This document shows, in pieces, positions 9,631 through 19,295 of a stretch of DNA of 41,443 nt (its first letter is position 1; each line of letters begins with the position of its first letter). The stretch covers positions 1 to 41,443 of the forward strand of contig JBMYPC010000008.1 in assembly GCA_049599895.1 (NCBI GenBank), read 5' to 3'. The translations under genes and the position numbers were made by a program. The notes under the pieces were generated by a model. It was not told the DNA's origin. It saw nothing but the letters and a program-made list of their open reading frames with translations, and ran no database searches. The stretch comes from Bacteriovoracaceae bacterium (GTDB lineage: Bacteria; Bdellovibrionota; Bacteriovoracia; Bacteriovoracales; Bacteriovoracaceae).

Positions 9631-10407
9631 CTAAGACTGGATTTCAAGTTTTACAAGATAATGATCTGAAGGATAGATGCCATCTTTTTGAGATTGATCA
9701 AGAACAATACTTTTGGCATTAAGCTTTTTATCGATGAGAATCCAGTCGATTCGTTTACCGTTTTCAAGTGGCCCTTCGAATTTGTGGTGACTACTTTGCT
9801 CTGTATGACCAAAGTCCTCCCAAGGGTCGTTAAGAAAATGGATTCCTTTAAGAAGATCTTTTCTGACAATACTTTGTGGGCAATCATTAAAATCTCCCAT
9901 GATGAGAAGGTGATCATTGTCATTTAAAAGAGATTTAACTTCTTTAGCTAAAACATTAACTTGTGCCGTTCTTGTTTCTTGTTTTACGTGATCGAGATGA
10001 ACATTCACTATAAAAAAGGTTTGATTTGAAGTTCTGAGTCTTGCCCAGGTACAGAGTCTCGGAAAAGCGCTATCAAATGATTTACTTCCGGGAACATGAG
10101 GAGTCTCTGAAAGCCAAATGTCTCCAGATGAATCGAGTTTAAATTTTTTTTCGTTGAAAAAAATTGTGGGATACATTCTTTCAGTTATCCATTCTCGGTG
10201 CTGATCAATAATACTTAAATGGCTTAGCTTTGATTCAAGATTTCTGATTTGAGGTTCTCGACCTTCTTGTGTTCCTAAAAGATCTGTTTGAAAGTCATCA
10301 ATGAGGCTGACGAGAACCGAAGATCTTTTTTCCCAGGGATAAGCTTCTCCTTGGCTTTCAAAAAGAATGTTTGAGCTTACAATTTTAAGAACTTCATCGG
10401 ATTTCAT
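9631..10407 (-). CDS. Endonuclease/exonuclease/phosphatase (EEP) family protein
   Basis: SSNI, GTQE, NVHLDH, GDFN, RIDWI, PSDH motifs. Start taken at ATG 10407; TTG 10428 is an alternative. Confidence 0.88.
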   Translation of the reverse strand: MKSDEVLKIVSSNILFESQGEAYPWEKRSSVLVSLIDDFQTDLLGTQEGREPQIRNLESKLSHLSIIDQHREWITERMYPTIFFNEKKFKLDSSGDIWLSETPHVPGSKSFDSAFPRLCTWARLRTSNQTFFIVNVHLDHVKQETRTAQVNVLAKEVKSLLNDNDHLLIMGDFNDCPQSIVRKDLLKGIHFLNDPWEDFGHTEQSSHHKFEGPLENGKRIDWILIDKKLNAKSIVLDQSQKDGIYPSDHYLVKLEIQS

Positions 10408-10531
10408 GGTTTGGTTATTATACTTCAAAAGCAGGTCTGAAAAAAACTTAAAGCTTAGGAATTTAAGACCTGTACCAGTTCATTCCAGTGTTAACTCATT
10501 GAAATCTCCTTTTGTGCAAGGAGTCATTGAA

Positions 10532-10547
10532 TGGTCTAGGCTTTGCT
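10532..10547 (+). promoter_or_regulatory. Putative sigma54 (-24/-12) promoter
   Basis: TGGTCTAGGCTTTGCT with exact GG-N10-GC spacing. The implied start site is near 10558, just before GGAGG (10561) and ATG 10571. Confidence 0.5.
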
Positions 10548-10570
10548 CATTAATGGCATGGGAGGTTGTT

Positions 10571-10861
10571 ATGAATTTACAAGATGAAGTGCTTTTAGAA
10601 TTTAAGAAATTTTACCCCGGTTTAACTTTGGCCCAGCAAGCAGAAGTTACGGGAATTCAAGTGACCAGGATGTTTCGACTTAACAATGGAAGTGAGATGA
10701 AGCTGACTGAATTTGAAAAGTTTAAAACTGCAATAAAGAGCATTCAAAAGAAAAAAAATCTTTTTGATTGGAATGAAAAGCTTAAAGGATTTTGCAATGA
10801 ACACAAGCCTTTATTTGAAGGATGGCAGCGTTGGGGACAATACAGAAGTCTGGGTTATTAG
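10571..10861 (+). CDS. Small XRE-like helix-turn-helix protein (96 aa)
   Basis: GGAGG plus ATG at 10571; LTLAQQAEVTGIQVTRMFRLNNG fits an XRE HTH pattern. Confidence 0.65.
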   Translation: MNLQDEVLLEFKKFYPGLTLAQQAEVTGIQVTRMFRLNNGSEMKLTEFEKFKTAIKSIQKKKNLFDWNEKLKGFCNEHKPLFEGWQRWGQYRSLGY

Positions 10862-10870
10862 GAGGTTCGT

Positions 10871-11365
10871 GTGAGTAATTTATTGTTTATTGAAAGATAT
10901 GTTTTAGAGTGCATAAGATTTGAAACTTTAAGTCTTAATGAAATTCATCGAAGGACAGGGCTTAATCGTGAAGTTTTAAAGAATGTTCTTATTAATTTGA
11001 AAGGATTTGAAGTAATTCTTTATCAAGAGGGAAGATATCGCATTAATCTCGACAATCCCGAAAGGTGGCGAAAGAAACTTCATTCCAATGAAGCATTAAG
11101 AAAAGAGACTGAAGATTTATTCTCTCAACTTGCGAAGGAATACTTTAAAGATAAAGATGCCGACAAGATTGTCGATTTAAGTGTTCAAAAAGCAGAATTA
11201 GATGAATTTGAGATGAAAATTTTAAGCTCTCATCTCAAAACACTAAAAGATTTTTTTAATAATTTGAAGTACAGCAAAAAGCCCAAGAAAAACGTAAAAA
11301 AGCACGTTTTTTTATGGGCATCATCTGATTATGAAAAATTAGTAAAAGCTTCGCTAAGTTTCTAA
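10871..11365 (+). CDS. Winged-helix DNA-binding-like protein with C-terminal domain of unknown function
   Basis: GGAGG plus GTG start; LSLNEIHRRTGLNREVLKNVLINL followed by wing-like GRYRI. Confidence 0.6.
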   Translation: MSNLLFIERYVLECIRFETLSLNEIHRRTGLNREVLKNVLINLKGFEVILYQEGRYRINLDNPERWRKKLHSNEALRKETEDLFSQLAKEYFKDKDADKIVDLSVQKAELDEFEMKILSSHLKTLKDFFNNLKYSKKPKKNVKKHVFLWASSDYEKLVKASLSF

Positions 11366-11470
11366 GGTCGCCGTAGTCAGTTACTGTCGGAACTGTCCGA
11401 CAGTAACGGCTCATCCGATTATCAGTCGCAGGCACGGACTGCCCCGACCGCAACAGAGTCTGTTCGTGAT
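11366..11470. repeat. GC-rich palindromic intergenic element (REP-like or bidirectional terminator)
   Basis: Perfect 12-bp inverted repeat GTTACTGTCGGA-actg-TCCGACAGTAAC (11380-11407) preceded by GTAG, then a second imperfect hairpin GTCGCAGGCA-cggac-TGCCCCGAC; lies between convergent genes. Confidence 0.55.
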
Positions 11471-11471
11471 A

Positions 11472-12848
11472 TCAAAACAGATCGTTATTAAATTCCTTAA
11501 CCGCTTTAATAAGCGCAACACTTTGAACAGTATCAGCAATATAAAGATTGGCGTGAACATTAACGTCATCGACTAGAAAGATATTAACGTTTGCTTCACC
11601 ACCAATCTTTCCAACGAGACCGCCAAGAAGACCTGCTCCAAGCTCTCCTCCAAACCAAGTACTAAACTTGGCCTTTTCCTCAGGAGCTGTTTGCTTAATT
11701 GTAAAGTTCTTCTTATTAGGAACGATATGAAGGAGTTGTTGGTAGTATTGTGAATGAGCAAGGTTGGCGACAACTCCAACTCTTTTATAGTTTGCGACAT
11801 TGATATTGGCCCCAGATTGATCGAGGTCATAAGTCGTATCATCTGCTTGAGTCATTGATCGAACAAGAGCCGATGTTGCTTCATAAGTTGTATCGTTAGA
11901 ATTGAGATTCTTAACCCATAAACTCATGACTGATTCAATATCTTCAGAAGTCATTTCGTCGACTGAACTTGGATCAAACTGAAGATCAAGCTTTTCGTTA
12001 AGTTCAATATATTTTCCTTTAAGAGCCGATCTGATGTCACTCATGTGAGATTCGTTCTTGTAGTCAACTCTTTGAAGAGTTTCTCTTTTTTCTCTGGCAT
12101 TATTGTGAAGAGATTGACGGAGTCTTCTTTGAAATTCTCCAATGGGATTAACGAGTTTCCAAAGAACACTTGCTCCAATCTTTAATTTTAAACTGTCCAT
12201 TTCTTCAGGAAGTGAGCCTGTTATGGCAATGCCTGAGTTCCATTCATCAAGGAGGTCTTGAGCTGAAAGAGTGGTAACGGAAGGAAAATTTGTCCAAAGA
12301 AAAGCGGCTGGGTCATAGGGAAGAGTTAATCTAAGAGTTCCAGAGCTATAAGAAATTTGAGGGGATTCTAATTCGCTTTCAAAGTCGGCGCAGATTTCAA
12401 CAGAGTTTACAAAATAAAGCCCATACTTTTCAGTCATTGTAGACTTTGCAAAAGAGTGAAGAAAATCTGCAATGGACTCAACCTGTCTTTTTAGACTTTT
12501 ATAGATGCCTTTTGAAATATTTTTATCTGAATAAATATTGAATGAAGAATTATCAAAAAAACATTCTCCATAACCTGTGATAGAGATTTTGAAGCGCTCA
12601 CTTAGTTTTGGTACATCTGTTATGGCATGAGAGTTAAGTTCTTCTTGATACCTCTTTTGAAAATCAGAAGCTGGCGGATAAGAAAGAGATTCATCTCGAA
12701 GATCAGAACTTTTTAAAATTTCGGTTGCGTAAAGATTAATCTTTTCAAGATAAAGATCATGATCTGATTTTTCTTCTTCTGCATAAACAGAGAAGGCAAG
12801 AAAGAGACTTAAAAAGATACGACTTGAAACTTTAAGATAAGCTTTCAT
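11472..12848 (-). CDS. Exported hypothetical protein (458 aa) with C-terminal repeat and glycine-zipper segment
   Basis: Long ORF, signal peptide ending SVYA, no recognised family motif. Confidence 0.75.
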   Translation of the reverse strand: MKAYLKVSSRIFLSLFLAFSVYAEEEKSDHDLYLEKINLYATEILKSSDLRDESLSYPPASDFQKRYQEELNSHAITDVPKLSERFKISITGYGECFFDNSSFNIYSDKNISKGIYKSLKRQVESIADFLHSFAKSTMTEKYGLYFVNSVEICADFESELESPQISYSSGTLRLTLPYDPAAFLWTNFPSVTTLSAQDLLDEWNSGIAITGSLPEEMDSLKLKIGASVLWKLVNPIGEFQRRLRQSLHNNAREKRETLQRVDYKNESHMSDIRSALKGKYIELNEKLDLQFDPSSVDEMTSEDIESVMSLWVKNLNSNDTTYEATSALVRSMTQADDTTYDLDQSGANINVANYKRVGVVANLAHSQYYQQLLHIVPNKKNFTIKQTAPEEKAKFSTWFGGELGAGLLGGLVGKIGGEANVNIFLVDDVNVHANLYIADTVQSVALIKAVKEFNNDLF

Positions 12849-12864
12849 TGAGGCCCTTTTTCAA

Positions 12865-12890
12865 AACCCCTATGAGCTTAATTAGGGGTT
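12865..12890 (-). terminator. Intra-operon hairpin (weak terminator or mRNA stabiliser)
   Basis: AACCCCTA...TAGGGGTT 8-bp stem overlapping the lipoprotein stop codon; the minus-strand stem ends in a short T run. Confidence 0.4.
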
Positions 12891-13740
12891 AGAGTTCGAG
12901 GTAAGATTCCACTTCTTTTTTAAGTTTCTTGAAGCGCTTACTCTCACTATCAACTTGAACACCATCTTCTTCAAAGAGAAAGAGAATGGCATCCCAAAGG
13001 TTTGTCGCCAGATCTTTTTCAATTGAGAAGGTTCTCGCCCAAGTATCGTAAGTCACATCATCATCGAAACCATTAATCTCGACTCTGATTTCATCTCTAA
13101 AAGGCAGTGAGGTGATATATTGAATGAACTTTGTTCTTTCAATGGCCTCGGCTACCATATTGAGATTGGTCCCTTCATCTGTTAGAGGCCCATTTTCCAG
13201 ACGATATGCCTGAATAAAGTATGCTCTAAGTGCAAGAAATGCTTTGGCGGTGTGCTCGTAAAGCCCTTTGCTATAGATGTAAGTTCCTACGATTTGTTTA
13301 ACCACGCTTTGGGGGGTGAATCCAGCGATGATCTGGAGGGCCGTAAGTTTTACAGCTTTATCCCGGTCAACTTCGTCGGAAGTCATTGTATTTCCTTCGC
13401 CGGCTTGGACCTGATCGATCTCCTTGAGCCAGGCATAAGTGATTTGCATAAGCTCTTCTGGAGTTGCTTCCTCAGCGAAGGCCTTCCCACCTGGCATCAT
13501 TCCAATAGGGGGAAGGAGATATTGAGAATTGTGCTCATTGAGCATCTCTTCTTTTGCGAGCATGAGAATTTGTTGATGGACAGCTTGGTTGGTTGTTTCA
13601 ATCTTATTGTTGGTTTGATCCATTCCATTAAGCATCTTATCCATTTGATTAGGCATATGCCTTGTGGCATCGAGAGCTTCCATAGGAGCACTACAACTTT
13701 GAAAAATTCCAAACGAGAGAATGATTAAAAGAGACTTCAT
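12889..13740 (-). CDS. Hypothetical lipoprotein
   Basis: Lipobox-like FQSC at Cys16, then a Met/Asn/Gln-rich coiled segment; AAGGA Shine-Dalgarno. Confidence 0.75.
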   Translation of the reverse strand: MKSLLIILSFGIFQSCSAPMEALDATRHMPNQMDKMLNGMDQTNNKIETTNQAVHQQILMLAKEEMLNEHNSQYLLPPIGMMPGGKAFAEEATPEELMQITYAWLKEIDQVQAGEGNTMTSDEVDRDKAVKLTALQIIAGFTPQSVVKQIVGTYIYSKGLYEHTAKAFLALRAYFIQAYRLENGPLTDEGTNLNMVAEAIERTKFIQYITSLPFRDEIRVEINGFDDDVTYDTWARTFSIEKDLATNLWDAILFLFEEDGVQVDSESKRFKKLKKEVESYLEL

Positions 13741-13756
13741 ATTTTATCCTTAATTT

Positions 13757-14401
13757 CTAATAAGTGTCGTGAACAAGGTCTTTTTTAAGGCCTTTGAGAC
13801 TACTTTCAACTTTTCCAAGCCAGATTGCTGCAATATCTTTAAGAAAGCCATGAGGCCCAGTAATTGTCGTCACATTTCCTTTATTGTCATGATAGAGAAC
13901 CACGTCTTGAGAGTTCGCTTCGTCCTTATAAGCAAAGATCCAAAGACTTTGACCCTTTTTTAAGTTTCCTCCAACCGTAGCGGCTGCGATAAACTTTTTA
14001 TTGTGCTCAAGGCTTCGATCGACACCATTAAGTTTAAAGGCCTGGTTATAAGCACTTTTCATTTTGCTCGCAGAAACATTTCTTAAAAATGTCATTCCGA
14101 TAGCAAGGCCGTCCATTGTTGAAACTGAAGCTAATGCTCCATCATCCGTTCTTGTGTATTCTCCCGGAGCAGTGACAAGAAGTTGGGCTGCATAAACACT
14201 AAAGCCAAATTTTGAACGAAGGCCTGATCCGACATTTTCCATTGTGATTTCAGTGCCATTATTTGTTTTTAGAGTTCCGGATTTCGAGATTGCGACTGAC
14301 TTTACTGTTTTGACAGAATCGCTCGATAGATTCCATTCGAAGCTGTGGGCATTTGAAAAAGTTGCTAGGGAAATGAACATTAGTGTGACTAAAGCTTTCA
14401 T
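13757..14401 (-). CDS. Exported chalcone-isomerase-fold protein (non-catalytic CHI/FAP-like family)
   Basis: Signal peptide; VGSGLRSKFGFSVYAAQL, MTFLRNVSA and IWLG motifs typical of bacterial CHI-like proteins; GGAGG Shine-Dalgarno. Confidence 0.75.
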   Translation of the reverse strand: MKALVTLMFISLATFSNAHSFEWNLSSDSVKTVKSVAISKSGTLKTNNGTEITMENVGSGLRSKFGFSVYAAQLLVTAPGEYTRTDDGALASVSTMDGLAIGMTFLRNVSASKMKSAYNQAFKLNGVDRSLEHNKKFIAAATVGGNLKKGQSLWIFAYKDEANSQDVVLYHDNKGNVTTITGPHGFLKDIAAIWLGKVESSLKGLKKDLVHDTY

Positions 14402-14526
14402 AACTGACCCTCCATTAATAGCGTGATTCTCGTAATTTAAATTTCAAAAATTAAAGCATAGGAAGCTTAGATTAGAAACTAAGTTGGTCTGTCTTTTGAG
14501 GCATTTTTCAAAAGTGAAATCTCTAA

Positions 14527-17500
14527 CTATACGATATAAGGAGCGAGGTCCTTTTTGATCGTTTCGGAGGAGACCTTTTTTCGCTCCGCGATGCTCTGGG
14601 TTTGGTCTTCGGCGATGCGTCCTACATTGAAGTATTGAGATTTTGGATGATTGAAGTAGAAACCTGAAACAGAGCTTGCTGGCCACATGGCAAGGTTTTC
14701 GGTCAGGCTCGCGCCAATGTTTTTCTCAACTTCCATTAACTTCCAGATTTGTAATTTATGGGTGTGATCAGGGCAGGCCGGATAACCTGGTGCTGGTCTA
14801 ATTCCTTGATACTTTTCAGCGATAAGATCTTCATTGCTGAGATCTTCTGTTGCACCAAAGATACATTGAACTCTTGCTTCACGGTGCATATATTCAGCGA
14901 GGGCCTCAGCGAAGCGGTCCCCTAGGATTTTGACCATAATAGCTTGGTAGTCATCACCTTTTTCTTCAAACACTTTGGCATAGTCTTCGACATTGTGAAT
15001 GCTCACGGCAAACATTCCAAGGTAGTCTTTAAGGCCACTTTCAGAACTTGCAATGAAATCAGCGAGGCAGAGATTGTAATCAGAGTTGGTGGTGAATTTA
15101 TCTTGTTGACGTAAAAAAGAGAAAGAGTCGATTTCTTCTTGGTCATCTTCTTTAGAGTAAAGCTTTACATCCTCTGCTACAGAGTTTGCTGGGTAAAAGC
15201 CAATGATCGCCTTTGGTTTAAAGAGATTCTTTTCAATAATAGTCTCTAGAAGCTTTGAAGCATCATCTAAAAGCTTTTGAGCTTCAGTTCCGTGTTTTGG
15301 GTTTTTGAGAATTTGTGGATATTTTCCCTTTAATTCCCAGGCCCAAAAAAAAGGAGACCAATCAAAATAAGGAACAAGGTCTTTTAAACTAATATCATTA
15401 TAGACTTTGGTTCCTAGAAATTCTGGCTTAAAGATTTGATCTTTATTCCATTTCATTGGATAAGGATTTTTTTGAGCTTCAGAAAAGGGAAGGAACTCGT
15501 CTTTTGAGCTTTTCTTTCCATAGGTATTTCGAAGTTTTTCTTGGTCATTTTTAAGAGTTTCAATATAGCTCTTCGAGCGTTCAACACTAAGAAGGTTAGA
15601 ACAGACTTCAACAACTAAAGAGGCGTCTCCGACATGCTTAACAGCTCCTTTATAGTGAGGAGCAATTTTTAAAGCAGTATGGGCTTTAGAGGTTGTTGCT
15701 CCACCAACAAGAACGGGAATATCAATTCCAAGTCTCTCCATTTCTTTAACGTTATAAATCATTTCATCGAGAGAAGGAGTGATAAGTCCACTAAAGCCAA
15801 CGAGATCAGCTCCAACTTCTTTAACTTTTTCGATAATCTTGTCAAATGAAACCATGACGCCCATGTCGATGACTTCATAACCATTGCAGGCGAGGACAAC
15901 ACCAACAATATTTTTTCCAATATCGTGAACGTCACCTTTAACCGTGGCGATTACAAATTTTCCTTGTGAGGTGCTACTGCCTTTTTCTTTAAGTTCTTCC
16001 ATATAAGGCTCAAGATAGGCGACAGCCTTTTTCATCACTCGAGCACTTTTAACAACTTGAGGAAGAAACATTTTTCCCGCACCAAAGAGTTCGCCAACAA
16101 CCTTCATCCCGTCCATTAAAGGACCTTCGATAACATTGAGAGGGACTTGAAGTTCAGCTCGGGCTTCTTCGGTATCACTTTCGATGTGATCAACAATACC
16201 GTGAACAAGAGCATATTTAATTCTTTCGTTATAAGTCCCTTCTCTCCAGGCGGTGTTATTTGCTTGCCTGGTTTTTTTCTTTTCCCCCTTAAACTGCTCT
16301 GCGAACTCAATCAATTCGTCCGTAGCATTGTCATTTCGATTAAGAAGGACATCTTCAACTTTTGTGAGAAGGTCTTTATTAATTTCTTCATAGACCTCGA
16401 GCATTCCGGCATTAACAATGGCCATATCAAGGCCAGCTTCAATAGCATGAAAAAGAAAAGAAGAGTGCATCGCCTCACGAACTCGATTGTTTCCTCGAAA
16501 AGAAAAACTAATATTACTTAAGCCCCCACTTGTAAGAGCTCCAGGGCAAACCTTTTTAATCTCGCGGACAGCTTCAATAAAGTTAACGGCATAGTTATTG
16601 TGCTCTTCAATTCCCGTTGCAACAGTCAGGATGTTCGGATCAAAGATAATGTCATGAGGATCAAAGCCGATTTTTTGAGTAAGAAGATCATAGGCCCTTT
16701 TACAGATTTGAACTTTATGGTCTTTTTCAGCTGCTTGGCCATTTTCATCAAAGGCCATAACTACAGCTGCGGCTCCATATTGCTTTAAAAGAGTGGCTTG
16801 TCTTAAAAACTCTTCTTCACCTTCTTTTAAGCTAATAGAATTAACAATGCATTTTCCTTGAACACATTGAAGTCCAGCTTCAAGAACAGACCATTTTGAC
16901 GAGTCAATCATGATGGGGACTCGAGAGATGTCTGGCTCAGAGGCAAGAAGGTTTAAAAACTTCACCATACAGGCTTCAGAGTCGAGAAGTCCCTCATCAA
17001 AGTTGATGTCGATGATGTTGGCCCCGTTTTCAACTTGTTGTCTTGCAACCTTGAGGGCCTCTTCATAATTTTCTTCTTTAATAAGTCGAGCAAATTTTGG
17101 AGAACCTGTGACATTGGTTCTTTCTCCAACCATAAAAAAGTTTGCACCAGTTTCTTTTGAAATAACCAGAGGCTCCAAGCCTGAAAGAAAGGTTCCTTCT
17201 TTTTTATCGGGGATAGAACGAGGGGGAAGATCTTTTGTTTTTCTAACAATCGCACCAATATGATCAGGGGTTGTTCCACAACAACCTCCAACGAGATTGA
17301 TAAATCCTGAACCTACAAAATCGTCCATATAATCAGACGTGCTTTCAGGAGTTTCATCATAGCCTGTATCACTTAAAGGATTAGGAAGTCCGGCGTTGGG
17401 ATAACAAGAGACGGGGACATCAGCAATGGTGGAAAGCCTCTCAATATAAGGACGCATTTCATTGGCACCAAGGGCACAATTGATTCCAACTGAAAGAGGC

Positions 17501-18222
17501 TCTGCGTGTCTGACAGAGTACCAAAAGGCATCAACTGTCTGCCCTGAAAGAGTTCTTCCTGAGCTATCTGTAATTGTCACAGAAAGCATAAGAGGCAGCT
17601 TTTCATCTCTTTCAGTTTCGAGCCGTTTTACAGCAAAGATCGCAGCTTTAAGATTTAAAGTATCAAAGACTGTCTCGGCTAAGAGGATGTCTGCACCTGC
17701 TTCCATCAAGGCTTTAGCCTGTTCATAATAAGCCTCTTCAAGTTGATTGAAAGAGACTGCACGATATTCGGGACGATTCACATCAGGAGAGAGGGAGGCG
17801 GTGACATTGGTTGGACCAATGGCCCCAGCGACGAAGCATCTTCTTCCTGGATATTTTTTTTCAATCGTTTCACAGGCTTTTTTAGCAATCTTTACAGATT
17901 CAGTGTTAATTCGAGCGGCGTAGTCCTGAAGGTCATAATCTTTTTGTGCAATGGAAGTCCCACTAAAAGTATTCGTTTCAACAATGTCAGCACCAGATTC
18001 AAGGTATTGCTCGTGAATCTCTTGAATGACTTCAGGCTTTGTCAGACTTAAAAGATCGTTATTGCCTTTTAAGTCGATATGATGATCTTTAAACTCTTCT
18101 CCTCGGTAGTCTTCTTCTTCAAGTTTATATTGTTGGACCATGGTTCCCATGGCCCCATCAAGAAAAAGAACTCTCTTTTCAAGCAGAGATTGAATTTCGA
18201 TTAATTGTTTTGATTTTTTCAT
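14527..18222 (-). CDS. metH: Cobalamin-dependent methionine synthase
   Basis: [29 protein letters not shown]12-binding [18 protein letters not shown]; full four-module length. Confidence 0.97.
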   Translation of the reverse strand: MKKSKQLIEIQSLLEKRVLFLDGAMGTMVQQYKLEEEDYRGEEFKDHHIDLKGNNDLLSLTKPEVIQEIHEQYLESGADIVETNTFSGTSIAQKDYDLQDYAARINTESVKIAKKACETIEKKYPGRRCFVAGAIGPTNVTASLSPDVNRPEYRAVSFNQLEEAYYEQAKALMEAGADILLAETVFDTLNLKAAIFAVKRLETERDEKLPLMLSVTITDSSGRTLSGQTVDAFWYSVRHAEPLSVGINCALGANEMRPYIERLSTIADVPVSCYPNAGLPNPLSDTGYDETPESTSDYMDDFVGSGFINLVGGCCGTTPDHIGAIVRKTKDLPPRSIPDKKEGTFLSGLEPLVISKETGANFFMVGERTNVTGSPKFARLIKEENYEEALKVARQQVENGANIIDINFDEGLLDSEACMVKFLNLLASEPDISRVPIMIDSSKWSVLEAGLQCVQGKCIVNSISLKEGEEEFLRQATLLKQYGAAAVVMAFDENGQAAEKDHKVQICKRAYDLLTQKIGFDPHDIIFDPNILTVATGIEEHNNYAVNFIEAVREIKKVCPGALTSGGLSNISFSFRGNNRVREAMHSSFLFHAIEAGLDMAIVNAGMLEVYEEINKDLLTKVEDVLLNRNDNATDELIEFAEQFKGEKKKTRQANNTAWREGTYNERIKYALVHGIVDHIESDTEEARAELQVPLNVIEGPLMDGMKVVGELFGAGKMFLPQVVKSARVMKKAVAYLEPYMEELKEKGSSTSQGKFVIATVKGDVHDIGKNIVGVVLACNGYEVIDMGVMVSFDKIIEKVKEVGADLVGFSGLITPSLDEMIYNVKEMERLGIDIPVLVGGATTSKAHTALKIAPHYKGAVKHVGDASLVVEVCSNLLSVERSKSYIETLKNDQEKLRNTYGKKSSKDEFLPFSEAQKNPYPMKWNKDQIFKPEFLGTKVYNDISLKDLVPYFDWSPFFWAWELKGKYPQILKNPKHGTEAQKLLDDASKLLETIIEKNLFKPKAIIGFYPANSVAEDVKLYSKEDDQEEIDSFSFLRQQDKFTTNSDYNLCLADFIASSESGLKDYLGMFAVSIHNVEDYAKVFEEKGDDYQAIMVKILGDRFAEALAEYMHREARVQCIFGATEDLSNEDLIAEKYQGIRPAPGYPACPDHTHKLQIWKLMEVEKNIGASLTENLAMWPASSVSGFYFNHPKSQYFNVGRIAEDQTQSIAERKKVSSETIKKDLAPYIV

Positions 18223-18224
18223 TA

Positions 18225-19169
18225 TTATCTAAACTTTCGAACGACCTCAAGAACAGAAGATGTATCATTCATGATGTAGTAATGAACACAGGGAACATTA
18301 TTGGCAAGAAGCTCTTCTGTTTGTTTAATGGCCCAGTTAATTCCAATTTGTTCAACATGTTCTGGATTTGCTGTCACTTCATCAACAAGTTCGTCGGGAA
18401 AGTCGATATAGAAATTTTTAGGAACTGTTTTAAGCTGAGAAGTTTTCTTTAAAACTTTAAGTCCTGGGATTATTGGAACATTGATCCCTGCCTCACGACA
18501 AGTATCGACAAAGTCAAAGTAATGTTTGTTGTCGTAAAACATTTGAGTCGTAATGTATTCAGCTCCTGCATCAACTTTATTTTTTAAGTGTTGAATATCA
18601 ATTTTTAAATTTGGCGCTTCGAAATGTTTTTCTGGATAGCCTGCAACACCGACACAGAAATCAAGCTTTTGAGAGTTACTAATATCTTCGATGTACTCGC
18701 CATTTTTGAGACGCTCAATTTGTTTTACTAAATCAATGGCGTACTTATTTGTCTTTCGAGAGTTATCGACAGTTTTCTTATAGTTAAGCCCATCGCCTTT
18801 AAGTGCGAGAACATTATGAATTCCAAGATAGGAAAGTTCGATAAGGGCATCTTCTGTTTCTTCTTGAGTAAAGCCTTGGCAAAGAAGGTGAGTACAGGTG
18901 TCGATTTTAAAGCGGTTTTGAATAATCCCACAAAGGCCAATTGTTCCCGGTCTCTTTTTTGTTATGCGTCTTTCAATACTTCCATCAGCTTTTTCATGGT
19001 AGTAGGCACTTGCAGAGTGAGCCGTTACATCAATCCAAGGGGGATCAAGAGGCTTAAGTTCTTTGACGATATCAATAACGTCTTTAGCTGATCGACCTCT
19101 AGGTGGGGGAACGATTTCGTAGCTAAAAAGGGGATTTGTGGCCCGGTCTAGGTGTTCGATAACTTTCAT
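18225..19169 (-). CDS. metF: Methylenetetrahydrofolate reductase
   Basis: [34 protein letters not shown]; 2 nt upstream of metH. Confidence 0.93.
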   Translation of the reverse strand: MKVIEHLDRATNPLFSYEIVPPPRGRSAKDVIDIVKELKPLDPPWIDVTAHSASAYYHEKADGSIERRITKKRPGTIGLCGIIQNRFKIDTCTHLLCQGFTQEETEDALIELSYLGIHNVLALKGDGLNYKKTVDNSRKTNKYAIDLVKQIERLKNGEYIEDISNSQKLDFCVGVAGYPEKHFEAPNLKIDIQHLKNKVDAGAEYITTQMFYDNKHYFDFVDTCREAGINVPIIPGLKVLKKTSQLKTVPKNFYIDFPDELVDEVTANPEHVEQIGINWAIKQTEELLANNVPCVHYYIMNDTSSVLEVVRKFR

Positions 19170-19295
19170 TTTATTATCCCTGGATGTTTGATAAGGTACT
19201 AGCTTAGCACAATTGCTATTAGGTTAGTATTATTCAGTATCAAGCCCTTTTTTACCAAGAGCGCTTCGATATTTCTACCGATAAAGGATTATTAA

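Noticed and set aside
10367..10570. N-terminal extension of the HTH ORF in the ORF track
   Set aside because: It overlaps the divergent EEP gene and the promoter region; the strong RBS points to ATG 10571.
10571..11365. Toxin-antitoxin pair or prophage remnant
   Set aside because: Neither protein shows a toxin motif, and no phage or integrase genes are nearby.
11256..11453. 65-aa minus-strand ORF
   Set aside because: It reads through the palindromic element and antisense into a gene; most likely spurious.
11366..11470. tRNA, CRISPR repeat or attC site
   Set aside because: No cloverleaf or TTC loop, no repeated units with spacers, no convincing attC boxes and no integrase.
13252..13728. 158-aa plus-strand ORF
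   Set aside because: Antisense shadow of the lipoprotein gene, with no recognisable features.
14444..14686. 80-aa ORF overlapping the metH 3' end
   Set aside because: Alternate frame of metH running into intergenic DNA; no supporting signal.
19170..19295. SAM/cobalamin riboswitch before metF, or sigma28 promoter (ACCGATAA) before the GT4
   Set aside because: No riboswitch core; the -10-like element lacks a correctly spaced -35 and sits too close to the ATG.
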